Shown here one piece after another: positions 29,311 through 39,309 of a DNA stretch of 64,000 nt. The DNA lies in contig JBFWNS010000003.1 of assembly GCA_050250935.1 (NCBI GenBank), positions 160,001 to 224,000 on the forward strand, given 5' to 3'. Below the pieces are notes generated by a model. It was not told the origin of the DNA, ran no database searches, and worked only from the letters and a program-made list of their open reading frames with translations. The first letter of the stretch is position 1, and the number at the start of each line of letters is the position of its first letter. This stretch comes from Candidatus Margulisiibacteriota bacterium (GTDB lineage Bacteria > Margulisbacteria > Marinamargulisbacteria > JBFWNS01). The position numbers and the translations under genes are program-made.

Positions 29311-30864
29311 TCAAGATTTTGGACAAGCCCCTAGCAACTCCTGTATAGCAGCAGGAGGAACGTTCAGCAGATTGGGTTCGTCGAGGCAATAGACTATCGA
29401 GGCGACATATTGGGCAAAAACCAGGTGTTGGGTTCGTGGCCAACCCAGATGAGGGGTGTGATGAAGGCTAAAATCCAGGGCTGCGGCAAAGGCGTCTCCG
29501 CAGCCTTTCGAATTGCCATTTTCGGCGACAGCACAGTTGTGCTTTCGCAAAATATCTTTGATGTCGGCAATCGAGTCTGCGGGTTGTGGGACATAGTAGG
29601 CCCTGTCTGTTTCAGTAGATCCTTTTTCTGGGGGTTCTACCAAGGCGGCTCCATGTTCGGCATCTGTAATAAAAACCATGTCGACACCCAAAGCCCGAAA
29701 TTCCCGACAGAGGCCCAAAACAGTGTTTGCTCTTGTTGCATGGGTTTGGGTCTTGGATGGGGACAAAACGGTCTCGACCAAGGTTTGGGCTTCTTCGGCA
29801 TTTAAGAACAAGCGATCTACACCAGAAAAAACGTGGCAATATAGTTTCAAAAAGACTGCGACAATCTCTCGAATGTCTTGGGGATCATCAAATTGGCTTA
29901 GTTTTTTTTCAGAATCGTTGTCCAATCGATCAAAAAGCGGGGCTTTAATGTTCGCTTTTGTTGCGTAAGTTTGAAGTTTTGCGAGGGTCATGTCGTTTTT
30001 GTCGTTTGGAAAGAGTTTTTTATAACTTGCCCTTAATGTACGATCATCTGACTGGGTTTCCATGGCTTTAAATTGGCGCATCAATCCCAATTGATTCGAG
30101 CCAATCCGCCAATCGACTTCGAGTTTCGATTTTTCACCGTTTATTCGGTACTCGTTTTTTAAATCCAGAATGGCAAAAAGACTTTCGATGTTTCGGCAGG
30201 GGAAGGGCCTCATGTTGTTGTTCACAAACCGAGCAGTTTTGCCTGCCTCTAGGGCTTCTCTGGGTGCGGCTAGGCTATCGGGAACTTCTTTTTCACCCAG
30301 AGGAAAGGACGAAACAATGTTGATCTCTTTACCGTTTTCATTGCGAATCACGACAGACGACCTTGGCAAACCTTCTAGCACACGAAGCTGGACCTTCATA
30401 CTGGTCAATTGCGTTTGAAGGGGAAAGAGTCCTGGCAAAATAGTTTCGCCCGTTCTGCCAATCAGGGTAACGGTTTGTTCTGTTAAGGGAAAGGGGCCTA
30501 GGGCTTCTTCGAGGCGGCGTTGGGTACAGACGTTGTTGACCATTCCACCACCAAAAGTGGGGCTTTTTTGTTCAATAAAATGAAGCGTAAGGGGTTGTAT
30601 TTTTTTTAGTTTCAGTGTGGCTTGGCGATCCGAAATAGTTGCTTCTAGGGTTAATACGGGGCATTTCTCTTGTCTTTGCAGATCAATGCCAAGCGTACGT
30701 TGTAATTCCTGCTTAATTCTTTCAAATTCCTCGTTTGTAACCGTTAACGTGGATTCGCTGACAAAGCCATTTCGAGTGGATGAATAAAACACACCGGGGC
30801 GGGTCTGGGATATTTCGGTGTAGGCCATCTGTTTAAATAAAACCCTCAAAAACTGTTTCTTCAT
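29311..30864 (-). CDS. Divergent PfkB/ribokinase-family kinase with N-terminal extension and internal insertion
   Basis: FGGGMVNN....RRL, VTLIGRTG, FLNAEEA, FITDAEHGA and NSKGCGDAFAAAL (signature 2 with catalytic Asp). Confidence 0.72.
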   Translation of the reverse strand: MKKQFLRVLFKQMAYTEISQTRPGVFYSSTRNGFVSESTLTVTNEEFERIKQELQRTLGIDLQRQEKCPVLTLEATISDRQATLKLKKIQPLTLHFIEQKSPTFGGGMVNNVCTQRRLEEALGPFPLTEQTVTLIGRTGETILPGLFPLQTQLTSMKVQLRVLEGLPRSSVVIRNENGKEINIVSSFPLGEKEVPDSLAAPREALEAGKTARFVNNNMRPFPCRNIESLFAILDLKNEYRINGEKSKLEVDWRIGSNQLGLMRQFKAMETQSDDRTLRASYKKLFPNDKNDMTLAKLQTYATKANIKAPLFDRLDNDSEKKLSQFDDPQDIREIVAVFLKLYCHVFSGVDRLFLNAEEAQTLVETVLSPSKTQTHATRANTVLGLCREFRALGVDMVFITDAEHGAALVEPPEKGSTETDRAYYVPQPADSIADIKDILRKHNCAVAENGNSKGCGDAFAAALDFSLHHTPHLGWPRTQHLVFAQYVASIVYCLDEPNLLNVPPAAIQELLGACPKS

Positions 30865-30966
30865 GGCGTCTCTTTTTTCTTTCCAAATGGTGTGTGTTTG
30901 GATCTAGATTAAAGAACAATCCCTATTATTGGCAAATATTAATTAACGTAGCTTGGTATGCTCTAG

Positions 30967-32790
30967 GTGAGGCTACGGGTGACAGCTCGGGTATTTCGGC
31001 CTACACTATTTAGAATGCGAAAATCCAAAATCAGCGACGATTTAGCCAATAAAACAGAGCATGTGCAGCGTTTTTTTCGACAGCCCAATCTTCCGGCAAA
31101 TTGGTACGTCGAGGCCTATCACAAAGCCAGAGAAATGCTGTTTGGCAGTTTTACCAACTCCGAAAAAAGCCTTAAAGATGCCAAGTTGGCCGGAAAAGGC
31201 CATGGGGTTATCTATGTTCCCCAAACACTCCTAGAAACCGAAATGCCCCTTCACGAGCGCTTGGAGGCACTGCGTACAAAAATTCGGATTTTACCCCTCG
31301 ATTATGCCGACCGGTTTTCGGCCATGAGCACGGATGCGTGGTTGAATCAGTTCCAACATGGCATTTTGCACCTGCCTTTCGACTACATTTCCTCTTCACG
31401 TCTTTCTGGCCGTCGGTTGGGCGCAGCCGATGTTCGGTTTAACGAGCAGTATTATTGGGATTCTTATATGTTTGTTTTGGCGCTCTTGACCATGGATCAT
31501 GTGCAAGAGGCGATGGGGATTGTCAGCAATTTCTTTTACGAGATCGAACATTTTGGGATGCCCTTAAATGCCAATCGAACCTATTGTCTGGGTCGCAGCC
31601 AGCCGCCCTTGCTGTCGAGCATGGTCATGGCCATTTATCGGCATTTAAACGAAACCCACCGTGGTGACCAGGCATTGGCCTTTGCGAACCGTGCCATTCC
31701 TTTTTTGGTGCAAGAATTTAAAACCTGGGAAACCCATGGATTTCGTACCCTGCAACACCAAGGCAGAACCGTTCGCCTTGCAACTTATTTTGATCGGTTT
31801 AGTCTGGCTTCTCCAGAGGCCTGTGACGAAATTCGATACAAAGAAGAATTGTTCGGAGAGCCCTTGTCTAGACTCGATTTGGCCCACATTGGTCGAGAAC
31901 GGCGTAAGGTTGCCGTTAAAGTTCGGGGTGTTTGGTATTTTGATTGCAAAATCCAGCTCAAGGCGATTGAGGCCCTTGGAAATCCTGTGCTAACCAAGCT
32001 GTTTAAGGCCAAAACCAAAACCCGAAAAACAACCCCAAGACACGATACGGCCCAACGTGCATCGGGCCTAGATTCTTGTCATGCGGCCTACGAATATCGT
32101 TGTGCTGATATTTTGGACGTCTCTTTGAATGCGTTGCTGTACAAACTCGCCGACGACATTCGTACCCTGGCCGACGAGATTCAACATGGGGCGATTAAAG
32201 CCCATTGGTCTACCCAAGCCGAGGCCATTAAATGCGACATGGATTTGTTATGGAACAACGAGCACAACTGTTTTCAAAATCGCTATGTTACGGCCGATAT
32301 GCAGCTGGGACCGTTTACCCAACGGACCTTCATTAATATGGTGTATCCACTTATGGTCGGCTCTGCGACAGCCACACAAGGCCAACAAGTGCTTCAGTAT
32401 GTGGTGGATTATTTCTTAAATCCCAATGGCATTATGAACACCGAAGATCCCCAGGTTGATCAATGGGAATTTATGTGGCCCATTATGAACTATTTCGCCA
32501 ACAAAGCAGCCCGCATGTATCGGTTTGACGAAGACGGCAACCCGTTGATGATTACGGTGGGGAACGAAACCCTCTCCGTTGACGAATTTGCCAACCAAAT
32601 CTCCTTGGTCTATTTAAACAATTTGGTTCGAACCTATGTAAAAGAGGGAACCTTTTTAGAAAAGCAAGGGGCTCCAGATAATTATAAAAATCAGCCCGAA
32701 TTTATGTGGACCGCGGCCATTTTTTTGATGCTGGTCCATCGCAACGATCACATTTCTGGCATTGTTCGGCATCGGCATTTAATTCACTAA
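30967..32790 (+). CDS. Divergent alpha,alpha-trehalase-like glycoside hydrolase (GH37)
   Basis: FNEQYYWDSY, NANRTY.LGRSQPPLL, ASGLD, VSLNALLY, QWE, FLEK and Q.EFMWT. Confidence 0.8.
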   Translation: MRLRVTARVFRPTLFRMRKSKISDDLANKTEHVQRFFRQPNLPANWYVEAYHKAREMLFGSFTNSEKSLKDAKLAGKGHGVIYVPQTLLETEMPLHERLEALRTKIRILPLDYADRFSAMSTDAWLNQFQHGILHLPFDYISSSRLSGRRLGAADVRFNEQYYWDSYMFVLALLTMDHVQEAMGIVSNFFYEIEHFGMPLNANRTYCLGRSQPPLLSSMVMAIYRHLNETHRGDQALAFANRAIPFLVQEFKTWETHGFRTLQHQGRTVRLATYFDRFSLASPEACDEIRYKEELFGEPLSRLDLAHIGRERRKVAVKVRGVWYFDCKIQLKAIEALGNPVLTKLFKAKTKTRKTTPRHDTAQRASGLDSCHAAYEYRCADILDVSLNALLYKLADDIRTLADEIQHGAIKAHWSTQAEAIKCDMDLLWNNEHNCFQNRYVTADMQLGPFTQRTFINMVYPLMVGSATATQGQQVLQYVVDYFLNPNGIMNTEDPQVDQWEFMWPIMNYFANKAARMYRFDEDGNPLMITVGNETLSVDEFANQISLVYLNNLVRTYVKEGTFLEKQGAPDNYKNQPEFMWTAAIFLMLVHRNDHISGIVRHRHLIH

Positions 32791-32811
32791 AAAATATACC
32801 CGGTAAAACAA

Positions 32812-33762
32812 GTGAAAAAAACGCTGTCCATTTTTAATTTAGAAATTCAAATTCCTGGCGGCTTTTTAGCAGAAGGGCTTTCGGGCGCATCCAGTCTGGG
32901 TGTGTGGCTCCAAATGCTGCATCCGGAGTGCCGCAAAACAGTGAACAATCTGCCCAATTTTTTATCCTTCGCCTTAAGCCAAGTGGGGAAGCACACTTGG
33001 GGAGATGCTTTGGTATTTGAGGGGTTTTATGGGATGTATGGGTATTCCAAATTGCTGCTTCATCCGGAAGGGGATATTCAGATTTCCATTTCCGGCAGCT
33101 TGGTACGGTGTGTGGTCTCTGATGTTCTTTGCTTGTGCGAAGATTCTGGTTCGATTTCATACCAGCAAGCAGTGGATGCCCTGAAGTCTGGAAAAGGCAA
33201 AATGAACTGCGTGCAATTTATGGCGTGGTGCCGCCTGCAAAATCCAGATAAAATCCAACAATTTTTTTGTGAGGAAGCGACCTATGTAGATTGTGAACAG
33301 CGGTTATACACGAAGTTGGGGTGGGCCAATCGAACCTCTATGAATTGGGAAAAACCAACCGCAACCGATAGGACTTATCGAGGGATGCCGGGATATCTTT
33401 GCAACTCATTTAATCCCCAAACAACACCCATTCAAATTGGTGATAGTGTGTTTATTGGAGATGTTGGCGACGGAACACCTTCCCATGTTGGCTTTTATAT
33501 GGGGTATGACCATGAGGAAAATCCGCTGATCCTGAGCCTTAACCGCGTTCCAAAACCTGTTGTGACTCTCTGTCGGATAGAAGATCATGCAAGGACGCTA
33601 GGTCACTTTGTCCCCGTTTATTTTTCGAGCTACACCCAACACCCCAAAGCCCCCCAAACAGACCTGTGCACCAAGGTTTTTCCTGCTCAGTCAAATACCA
33701 CAAAATCAGATTTGGTTCCTTATTTGCTTGTTGACAACACAGGTTTTATTAAAGAGAAATAG
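32812..33762 (+). CDS. Hypothetical protein with a papain-like/NlpC-P60-type Cys-His dyad
   Basis: MNCVQF followed about 90 aa later by IGDSVFIG...SHVGFYMG. Start uncertain. Confidence 0.55.
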   Translation: MKKTLSIFNLEIQIPGGFLAEGLSGASSLGVWLQMLHPECRKTVNNLPNFLSFALSQVGKHTWGDALVFEGFYGMYGYSKLLLHPEGDIQISISGSLVRCVVSDVLCLCEDSGSISYQQAVDALKSGKGKMNCVQFMAWCRLQNPDKIQQFFCEEATYVDCEQRLYTKLGWANRTSMNWEKPTATDRTYRGMPGYLCNSFNPQTTPIQIGDSVFIGDVGDGTPSHVGFYMGYDHEENPLILSLNRVPKPVVTLCRIEDHARTLGHFVPVYFSSYTQHPKAPQTDLCTKVFPAQSNTTKSDLVPYLLVDNTGFIKEK

Positions 33763-33928
33763 CCCTGTTTTTTATAAAATTTTGACGGTAGACAAAAATT
33801 TGTATGCGAGAAGTTGCGGAAGGCTCTTTATAGAATGTCGCTTCCTTTAAATTATTTTGCAAAATTTGCTCAAAAAAACCGAAAACTATAAAAGGGTAGT
33901 TTGAGATTGTTCTGCAAAGGAGCTCTAC

Positions 33929-34777
33929 ATGTTCAAACTGGTAGCCGTTGAGTTTAAAAATCGCGAAATCGATTGCATTGTTGATTTGTGTAAAACCTTC
34001 CCTAAAAGCATTGCTACTATCCGAGATAAACTTTTGTCTTTAACGCCTACTGATATTGAGCAACTCCTTCTTGAACCCATTCAAAATAGAGGGCATTTAC
34101 TGTGTTTAATGGCCGAAACCTGTTCATTTAATAACTCACCGGGCACTGGAGTATCTCTTGTACATGCCCTTCTGGTTGGAAAAGGAAAGATTATTAAGCC
34201 CAAAGTTATTTCGAGTTTGGTATTGAATTTGTCTTCAATTATTAATCAAGTTCAAGATGTTTCGGTTTTAGAAAGATTGGTTCAATATTGTAGTCAAGAT
34301 AAATCGAATAGAAGGCCTAAGCATGAAGTTATTGAAAAACTGGTTTCGTCCTTTATTAAAGCCTGTTGTGCAAATCAAAATCACGATGCCCTTATTTTAC
34401 TGGCAGAAAGTAAGTTGTTTTGCTCTTCTCTAAGGGATTTGCCTGAAGCAATTAAAGTATTAGAAGGGGCTATTGGTGCCAGTCTCGATGCGGGCTGCTA
34501 CGAACAGGCCAATAGAGCCATTCAGGCTTTATGCCAGTATTATTCAAACGGAATGAGTTTGGGATCGAATGGTCTGAAAATTTATCAGTTACGCTGTAGA
34601 ATTTTAGACGCACTACAAAGCAAGGGGGAATCCTGCACTGAATCAGAAGTACAGTTGGCAAGGAAAATTATAGCTCGACTAATCCTTGAGCCGAGTGACG
34701 CAAAAAAATATCATGAATTTATTGAAGTTATAGCAACGAAAGTCCAAGCGTTGGACAGTGTCGTTTTAGCGGCATAA
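33929..34777 (+). CDS. Hypothetical helical protein (AT-rich)
   Basis: 282-aa ORF with AAGGAG RBS; no recognised motif. Confidence 0.7.
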   Translation: MFKLVAVEFKNREIDCIVDLCKTFPKSIATIRDKLLSLTPTDIEQLLLEPIQNRGHLLCLMAETCSFNNSPGTGVSLVHALLVGKGKIIKPKVISSLVLNLSSIINQVQDVSVLERLVQYCSQDKSNRRPKHEVIEKLVSSFIKACCANQNHDALILLAESKLFCSSLRDLPEAIKVLEGAIGASLDAGCYEQANRAIQALCQYYSNGMSLGSNGLKIYQLRCRILDALQSKGESCTESEVQLARKIIARLILEPSDAKKYHEFIEVIATKVQALDSVVLAA

Positions 34778-34869
34778 TCAGAAAACCGCTTTAAACTTTA
34801 AGCAACCTTTGCTACACTCTTCGATTGGCCTAAAAAGCCCAATTCCATAAATCCAAAAAGGAGATCTCT

Positions 34870-36045
34870 GTGCCTTTAACCCTACAGGCAACCGATACGC
34901 TGAATGCTGCACTGGTTTTTTCTGATGGGGATTTTTTTTTAGGTCATGGGATTGGTATTTGTGGACAAACCGAAGGCGAGATTTGCTTTAACACGGGGCT
35001 AACCGGGTATCAAGAAACCCTGACAGACCCGTCTTACGCTGGGCAAATTATCACCTTTACTTTCCCTCATATTGGCAATGTTGGCACCAATGCTGAAGAC
35101 AACGAAGCTTCAAAACCCTTTTGTCGAGGGGTTGTGGTGCGAGAAGCCATTACGGCACCGTCTAATTTTCGGTCTCAGCAGTCGTTAAGCGATTGGCTGA
35201 TTGCCCATAAACTGGTGGGTATTTCCGGGGTAGACACCCGCGCTTTAACCCAAAATGTTCGAAACAAAGGCGCAAGGCATGTGCAGATTACCCACGTTAA
35301 ACCGGGCGAAACATTGGATATTGCGGCCCTGCAAAAACAAGTTGCCGGCACCAAAGATTTAAATGGGGTTGAACTTACCCAATCTGTAACAACCCATAAC
35401 CCTTATTCCTGGACCGAACACACGTTTAAATTGGGCCAAGCGGCTTTTCAAAAACAAACTGGCTTTGATTATCATGTTGTGGCCATCGATTATGGCATTA
35501 AGCACAATATTTTACGCTTGCTCGTGGATGCCGGATTTAAAGTAACGGTTGTTGCCTCAACGGCTTCTTTTGATGAAATTCTGGCTTTAAAACCCGATGG
35601 CGTCTTTTTATCCAACGGCCCTGGAGATCCTGCCGAAACCGGTAAATTTGCCATTCCTGTTATTCGGGGCATTCTTGCAAAAAACATCCCCTTGTTTGGG
35701 ATTTGTTTGGGGCATCAGTTGTTGGGATTGGCCGCTGGGCTTAAAACCCAAAAAATGCAAAAAGGTCACCGCGGCGCCAACCAGCCGGTTCAAGATTTAA
35801 CTACGGGACGTGTGTTTATCACCAGTCAAAACCATGGGTTTTCTGTACTTCCCAGCACAGACCTTAAGGATGTAGAAATCACCCATGTTTCTTTGTTTGA
35901 TCGTACGGTTGAAGGGCTTAGGTTAACTTCCAAGCCAGCGTTTTCTGTTCAATTTCACCCCGAAAGTTCCCCAGGTCCCCATGATACCCGTGAACTTTTT
36001 GATGCTTTTAAAACCCTCATTGCCAGTCACAAAAAGGAAGCCTAA
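34870..36045 (+). CDS. carA: Carbamoyl-phosphate synthase small subunit
   Basis: FNTGLTGYQE..TDPSY, LSNGPGDP, GICLGHQ and QFHPE. Confidence 0.97.
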   Translation: MPLTLQATDTLNAALVFSDGDFFLGHGIGICGQTEGEICFNTGLTGYQETLTDPSYAGQIITFTFPHIGNVGTNAEDNEASKPFCRGVVVREAITAPSNFRSQQSLSDWLIAHKLVGISGVDTRALTQNVRNKGARHVQITHVKPGETLDIAALQKQVAGTKDLNGVELTQSVTTHNPYSWTEHTFKLGQAAFQKQTGFDYHVVAIDYGIKHNILRLLVDAGFKVTVVASTASFDEILALKPDGVFLSNGPGDPAETGKFAIPVIRGILAKNIPLFGICLGHQLLGLAAGLKTQKMQKGHRGANQPVQDLTTGRVFITSQNHGFSVLPSTDLKDVEITHVSLFDRTVEGLRLTSKPAFSVQFHPESSPGPHDTRELFDAFKTLIASHKKEA

Positions 36046-39000
36046 ATGCCCAAACGGTCTGATTTAAATCGAATTCTTGTCATCGGCGCTGGACCTATTG
36101 TGATTGGTCAGGCCTGCGAATTTGATTATTCCGGTACCCAAGCCTGTAAAGTGCTTAAAAGCGAAGGGTATTATGTTATTTTGATTAACTCGAATCCGGC
36201 CACCATTATGACGGATCCCAGCACAGCAGACCGCATTTATATTGAACCCATTACCCCTGAATTTTTAGAAAAAATTATCATCAATGAAAAGCCCGATGCT
36301 CTGTTGCCAACCGTGGGTGGGCAAACCGCTTTAAACGCAGCCATGCAGCTTCATCAATTGGGTATTTTGAAAAAATACAACGTTGAAATGATTGGTGCGA
36401 CGCCAGAAGCTATTGAAAAAGCCGAAAACCGGCAGCAATTTAACCAAGCCATGAAAAAAATTGGGCTTGATGTTCCGCGTCACGCCATTGTGCACACCTT
36501 GGAAGAAGCCAAAAAAGCCCTCAAAACCATTGGGTTACCTGCCGTTATCCGTCCTTCTTTTACCTTGGGCGGCAGTGGGGGCGGTATTGCCGAAACCGAG
36601 GCCGAATTTGAAACCATTGTGGAAACCGGTTTGGCCTTGTCTCCAACCCAAGAAGTCTTAATTGATGAATCAATTTTGGGCTGGAAAGAATACGAGATGG
36701 AAGTAATTCGGGATAAAAACGATAACGCCATCATTATTTGCTCGATTGAAAACGTGGATCCCATGGGGGTTCACACCGGCGACAGCATTACGGTTGCGCC
36801 AGCCCTTACCCTCACCGACAAAGAATACGAAATTATGCGGGATGCGTCTTTGGCCGTTCTTCGCGAAATTGGGGTAGAAACGGGTGGCTCTAATGTTCAA
36901 TTTGCGGTGAATCCCAAAGATGGCCGTTTAATTGTGATTGAAATGAACCCAAGGGTGTCTCGGTCTTCGGCTTTGGCTTCCAAAGCAACCGGGTATCCCA
37001 TTGCCAAAGTGGCGGCAAAATTGGCCGTTGGCTTTACCTTGGATGAAATCCAAAACGACATGACAAAAATTACTCCAGCCTCGTTCGAACCAACAATTGA
37101 TTACATCGTCACCAAAATTCCACGGTTCACCTTTGAAAAATTTCCGGGTTCAAATCCAGTTTTATCCACCCAAATGAAATCGGTTGGCGAAGCCATGGCC
37201 ATGGGTCGGTCTTTTGCTGAAAGTCTTCAAAAAGGGCTTCGGTCTATCGAAAAAGGCTATACCGGACTTCATGAAGTTGAGATTGAAGGTGTTGATCCAA
37301 CCAAGTCCTATGCTGAAAATAAAAAAGCCATTCAAGTGGCCCTTAAGCGTCAATCCCATGTTCGTCTTTTAGAAATTGCTTCGGCCATGCGCCTGGGATG
37401 CCCGAAAGACGATGTTCATGCTTTCAGCCATTTTGATCCCTGGTTTATCGATCAATTAGATGGCATTCTTCAAGCCGAAAATGCACTCAAAACCAAAGGG
37501 TTACCCACCACCAAAGACGGACTTTTGACCTATAAAAAAATGGGATTCTCCGATCTAAGATTGGCTCAATTAACGGGTAAATCCGAGCAAGCGGTTCGCC
37601 AATTGCGTTGGGATTTGGGTGTTCGGCCTGTGTATAAAAAAGTAGATACCTGCGCAGCTGAATTTGGCTCTGAAACTGCCTATTTGTATTCCACCTATGA
37701 AGGCAATGCCTATCAAGATGCCGACTGTGAATCCAATCCCAGTAACCGCAAAAAAGTCATGATCTTGGGCGGCGGTCCCAACCGAATCGGGCAGGGGATT
37801 GAATTTGATTATGCCTGTGTTCATGCCGCTTTTTCCTTAAAAGACGAAGGCATCGAAACCATTATGGTGAACTGTAATCCCGAAACCGTGTCCACCGACT
37901 ACGATACCTCCGATAAACTGTATTTTGAGCCTTTAACCGCCGAAGATGTGATTGAAATTGCCAAAAAAGAACAATCAAATGGCAATCTTTTGGGTGTGGT
38001 GGTTCAATTTGGCGGACAAACCCCGCTTAAATTATCCGCTGCCTTGCAAGAGGCTGGCATCCCCATCATTGGTACTTCCCCCGATAAAATTGACTTGGCC
38101 GAAGACCGTGAACGGTTTAAAGCACTGCTGGATGAATTGGGTCTAAAACAACCGGATAATGGCATTTGTCACACAATCGAGGATATTGCGCCTACGATTG
38201 CCAGCCTAGGCTATCCAGTGGTGATTCGGCCTTCCAATGTGTTGGGTGGCCGGGCCATGAATGTGTTGTTTAACGACTCTGACTTGGATCTTTATTTAAA
38301 GCAAAACAAAGCCTTTATTTTGGATGGTCCTATTTTGGTAGATAAATTTTTAGATAATGCCACCGAATTGGATGTGGATGCGCTTTGCGATGGAACTGAC
38401 GTGTTTGTCTCTGGAATTTTGGAACATATCGAAGAAGCCGGGGTTCATTCCGGTGATTCGGCCTGTAGCTTACCCACCGTTTCCCTTAGCCAAGCTCAAA
38501 TCGACGAAGTCACCCAAACCACTATCAAATTGGCCAAGGCCTTGGGTGTGGTGGGGTTGATGAATGTTCAATATGCCTATAAACAAGGGGTTTTGTACAT
38601 TATCGAGGTCAACCCAAGGGCGTCTCGAACCGTGCCGTTTGTGGCCAAAGCCACCGGCAACAGCTTGGCCCAGTTGGCTGTCAAGTTGATGGTGGGCCGA
38701 AAATTAAAAGACTTCTCTTTAAAAACCGCGTTTCCAACCCATTATTCCGTTAAAGAAGTGGTGTTTCCCTTCGGTCGCTTTGACAATACCGATAGTTTGC
38801 TAGGGCCCGAAATGCGCTCCACCGGCGAGGTGATGGGCATTGATACCTCGTTTGGATTGGCGTTTTATAAATCACAAGCCGCTTCTGGAAATCCCTTGCC
38901 ATTGAAAGGCAATATTTTGGTCACGGTTCAAGATAAAGACAAACAAACCGTTTTGGAATCTGTTCGAACCCTCAGTCAATCTGATTTTACCATTTACGCC

Positions 39001-39309
39001 ACCCACGGCACGGCCAAGTTCTTAAAGCAAAATGGGGTTCCTGTCATTGCGGTCAACAAAGAAAAAGAAAACAGCGAAGATCATTTGGTTCAACACATTC
39101 AAGCCGGTTTGTATCAATTGGTGGTGAACACCAGTTTTGGGGTGGATGTATTGGAAAGCTTTGCCCTTCGCCGAGCCACGCTTTTGCAACGCACACCTTA
39201 TGTCACCACAGCTGCGGCCTTTATTGCTGGGGTTAAGGCCATTGTGTCGCTGAAAGAAAAGAAAACGCCCTTGTCGGCGGTGCCTATCCAGGAATGGCTA
39301 AAAGACTAG
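36046..39309 (+). CDS. carB: Carbamoyl-phosphate synthase large subunit
   Basis: [31 protein letters not shown] and a C-terminal MGS domain. Confidence 0.98.
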   Translation: MPKRSDLNRILVIGAGPIVIGQACEFDYSGTQACKVLKSEGYYVILINSNPATIMTDPSTADRIYIEPITPEFLEKIIINEKPDALLPTVGGQTALNAAMQLHQLGILKKYNVEMIGATPEAIEKAENRQQFNQAMKKIGLDVPRHAIVHTLEEAKKALKTIGLPAVIRPSFTLGGSGGGIAETEAEFETIVETGLALSPTQEVLIDESILGWKEYEMEVIRDKNDNAIIICSIENVDPMGVHTGDSITVAPALTLTDKEYEIMRDASLAVLREIGVETGGSNVQFAVNPKDGRLIVIEMNPRVSRSSALASKATGYPIAKVAAKLAVGFTLDEIQNDMTKITPASFEPTIDYIVTKIPRFTFEKFPGSNPVLSTQMKSVGEAMAMGRSFAESLQKGLRSIEKGYTGLHEVEIEGVDPTKSYAENKKAIQVALKRQSHVRLLEIASAMRLGCPKDDVHAFSHFDPWFIDQLDGILQAENALKTKGLPTTKDGLLTYKKMGFSDLRLAQLTGKSEQAVRQLRWDLGVRPVYKKVDTCAAEFGSETAYLYSTYEGNAYQDADCESNPSNRKKVMILGGGPNRIGQGIEFDYACVHAAFSLKDEGIETIMVNCNPETVSTDYDTSDKLYFEPLTAEDVIEIAKKEQSNGNLLGVVVQFGGQTPLKLSAALQEAGIPIIGTSPDKIDLAEDRERFKALLDELGLKQPDNGICHTIEDIAPTIASLGYPVVIRPSNVLGGRAMNVLFNDSDLDLYLKQNKAFILDGPILVDKFLDNATELDVDALCDGTDVFVSGILEHIEEAGVHSGDSACSLPTVSLSQAQIDEVTQTTIKLAKALGVVGLMNVQYAYKQGVLYIIEVNPRASRTVPFVAKATGNSLAQLAVKLMVGRKLKDFSLKTAFPTHYSVKEVVFPFGRFDNTDSLLGPEMRSTGEVMGIDTSFGLAFYKSQAASGNPLPLKGNILVTVQDKDKQTVLESVRTLSQSDFTIYATHGTAKFLKQNGVPVIAVNKEKENSEDHLVQHIQAGLYQLVVNTSFGVDVLESFALRRATLLQRTPYVTTAAAFIAGVKAIVSLKEKKTPLSAVPIQEWLKD

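Noticed and set aside
29305..29443. Programmed frameshift or fusion between the PfkB-like ORF and the downstream orphan
   Set aside because: The overlap disappears if ATG 29305 is used, 5 bp after the upstream stop; no convincing slippery site.
27800..34800. Prophage or ICE downstream of tRNA-Ser
   Set aside because: No integrase, phage structural, relaxase or transposase motifs, and no distal att copy was noticed beyond 27800.
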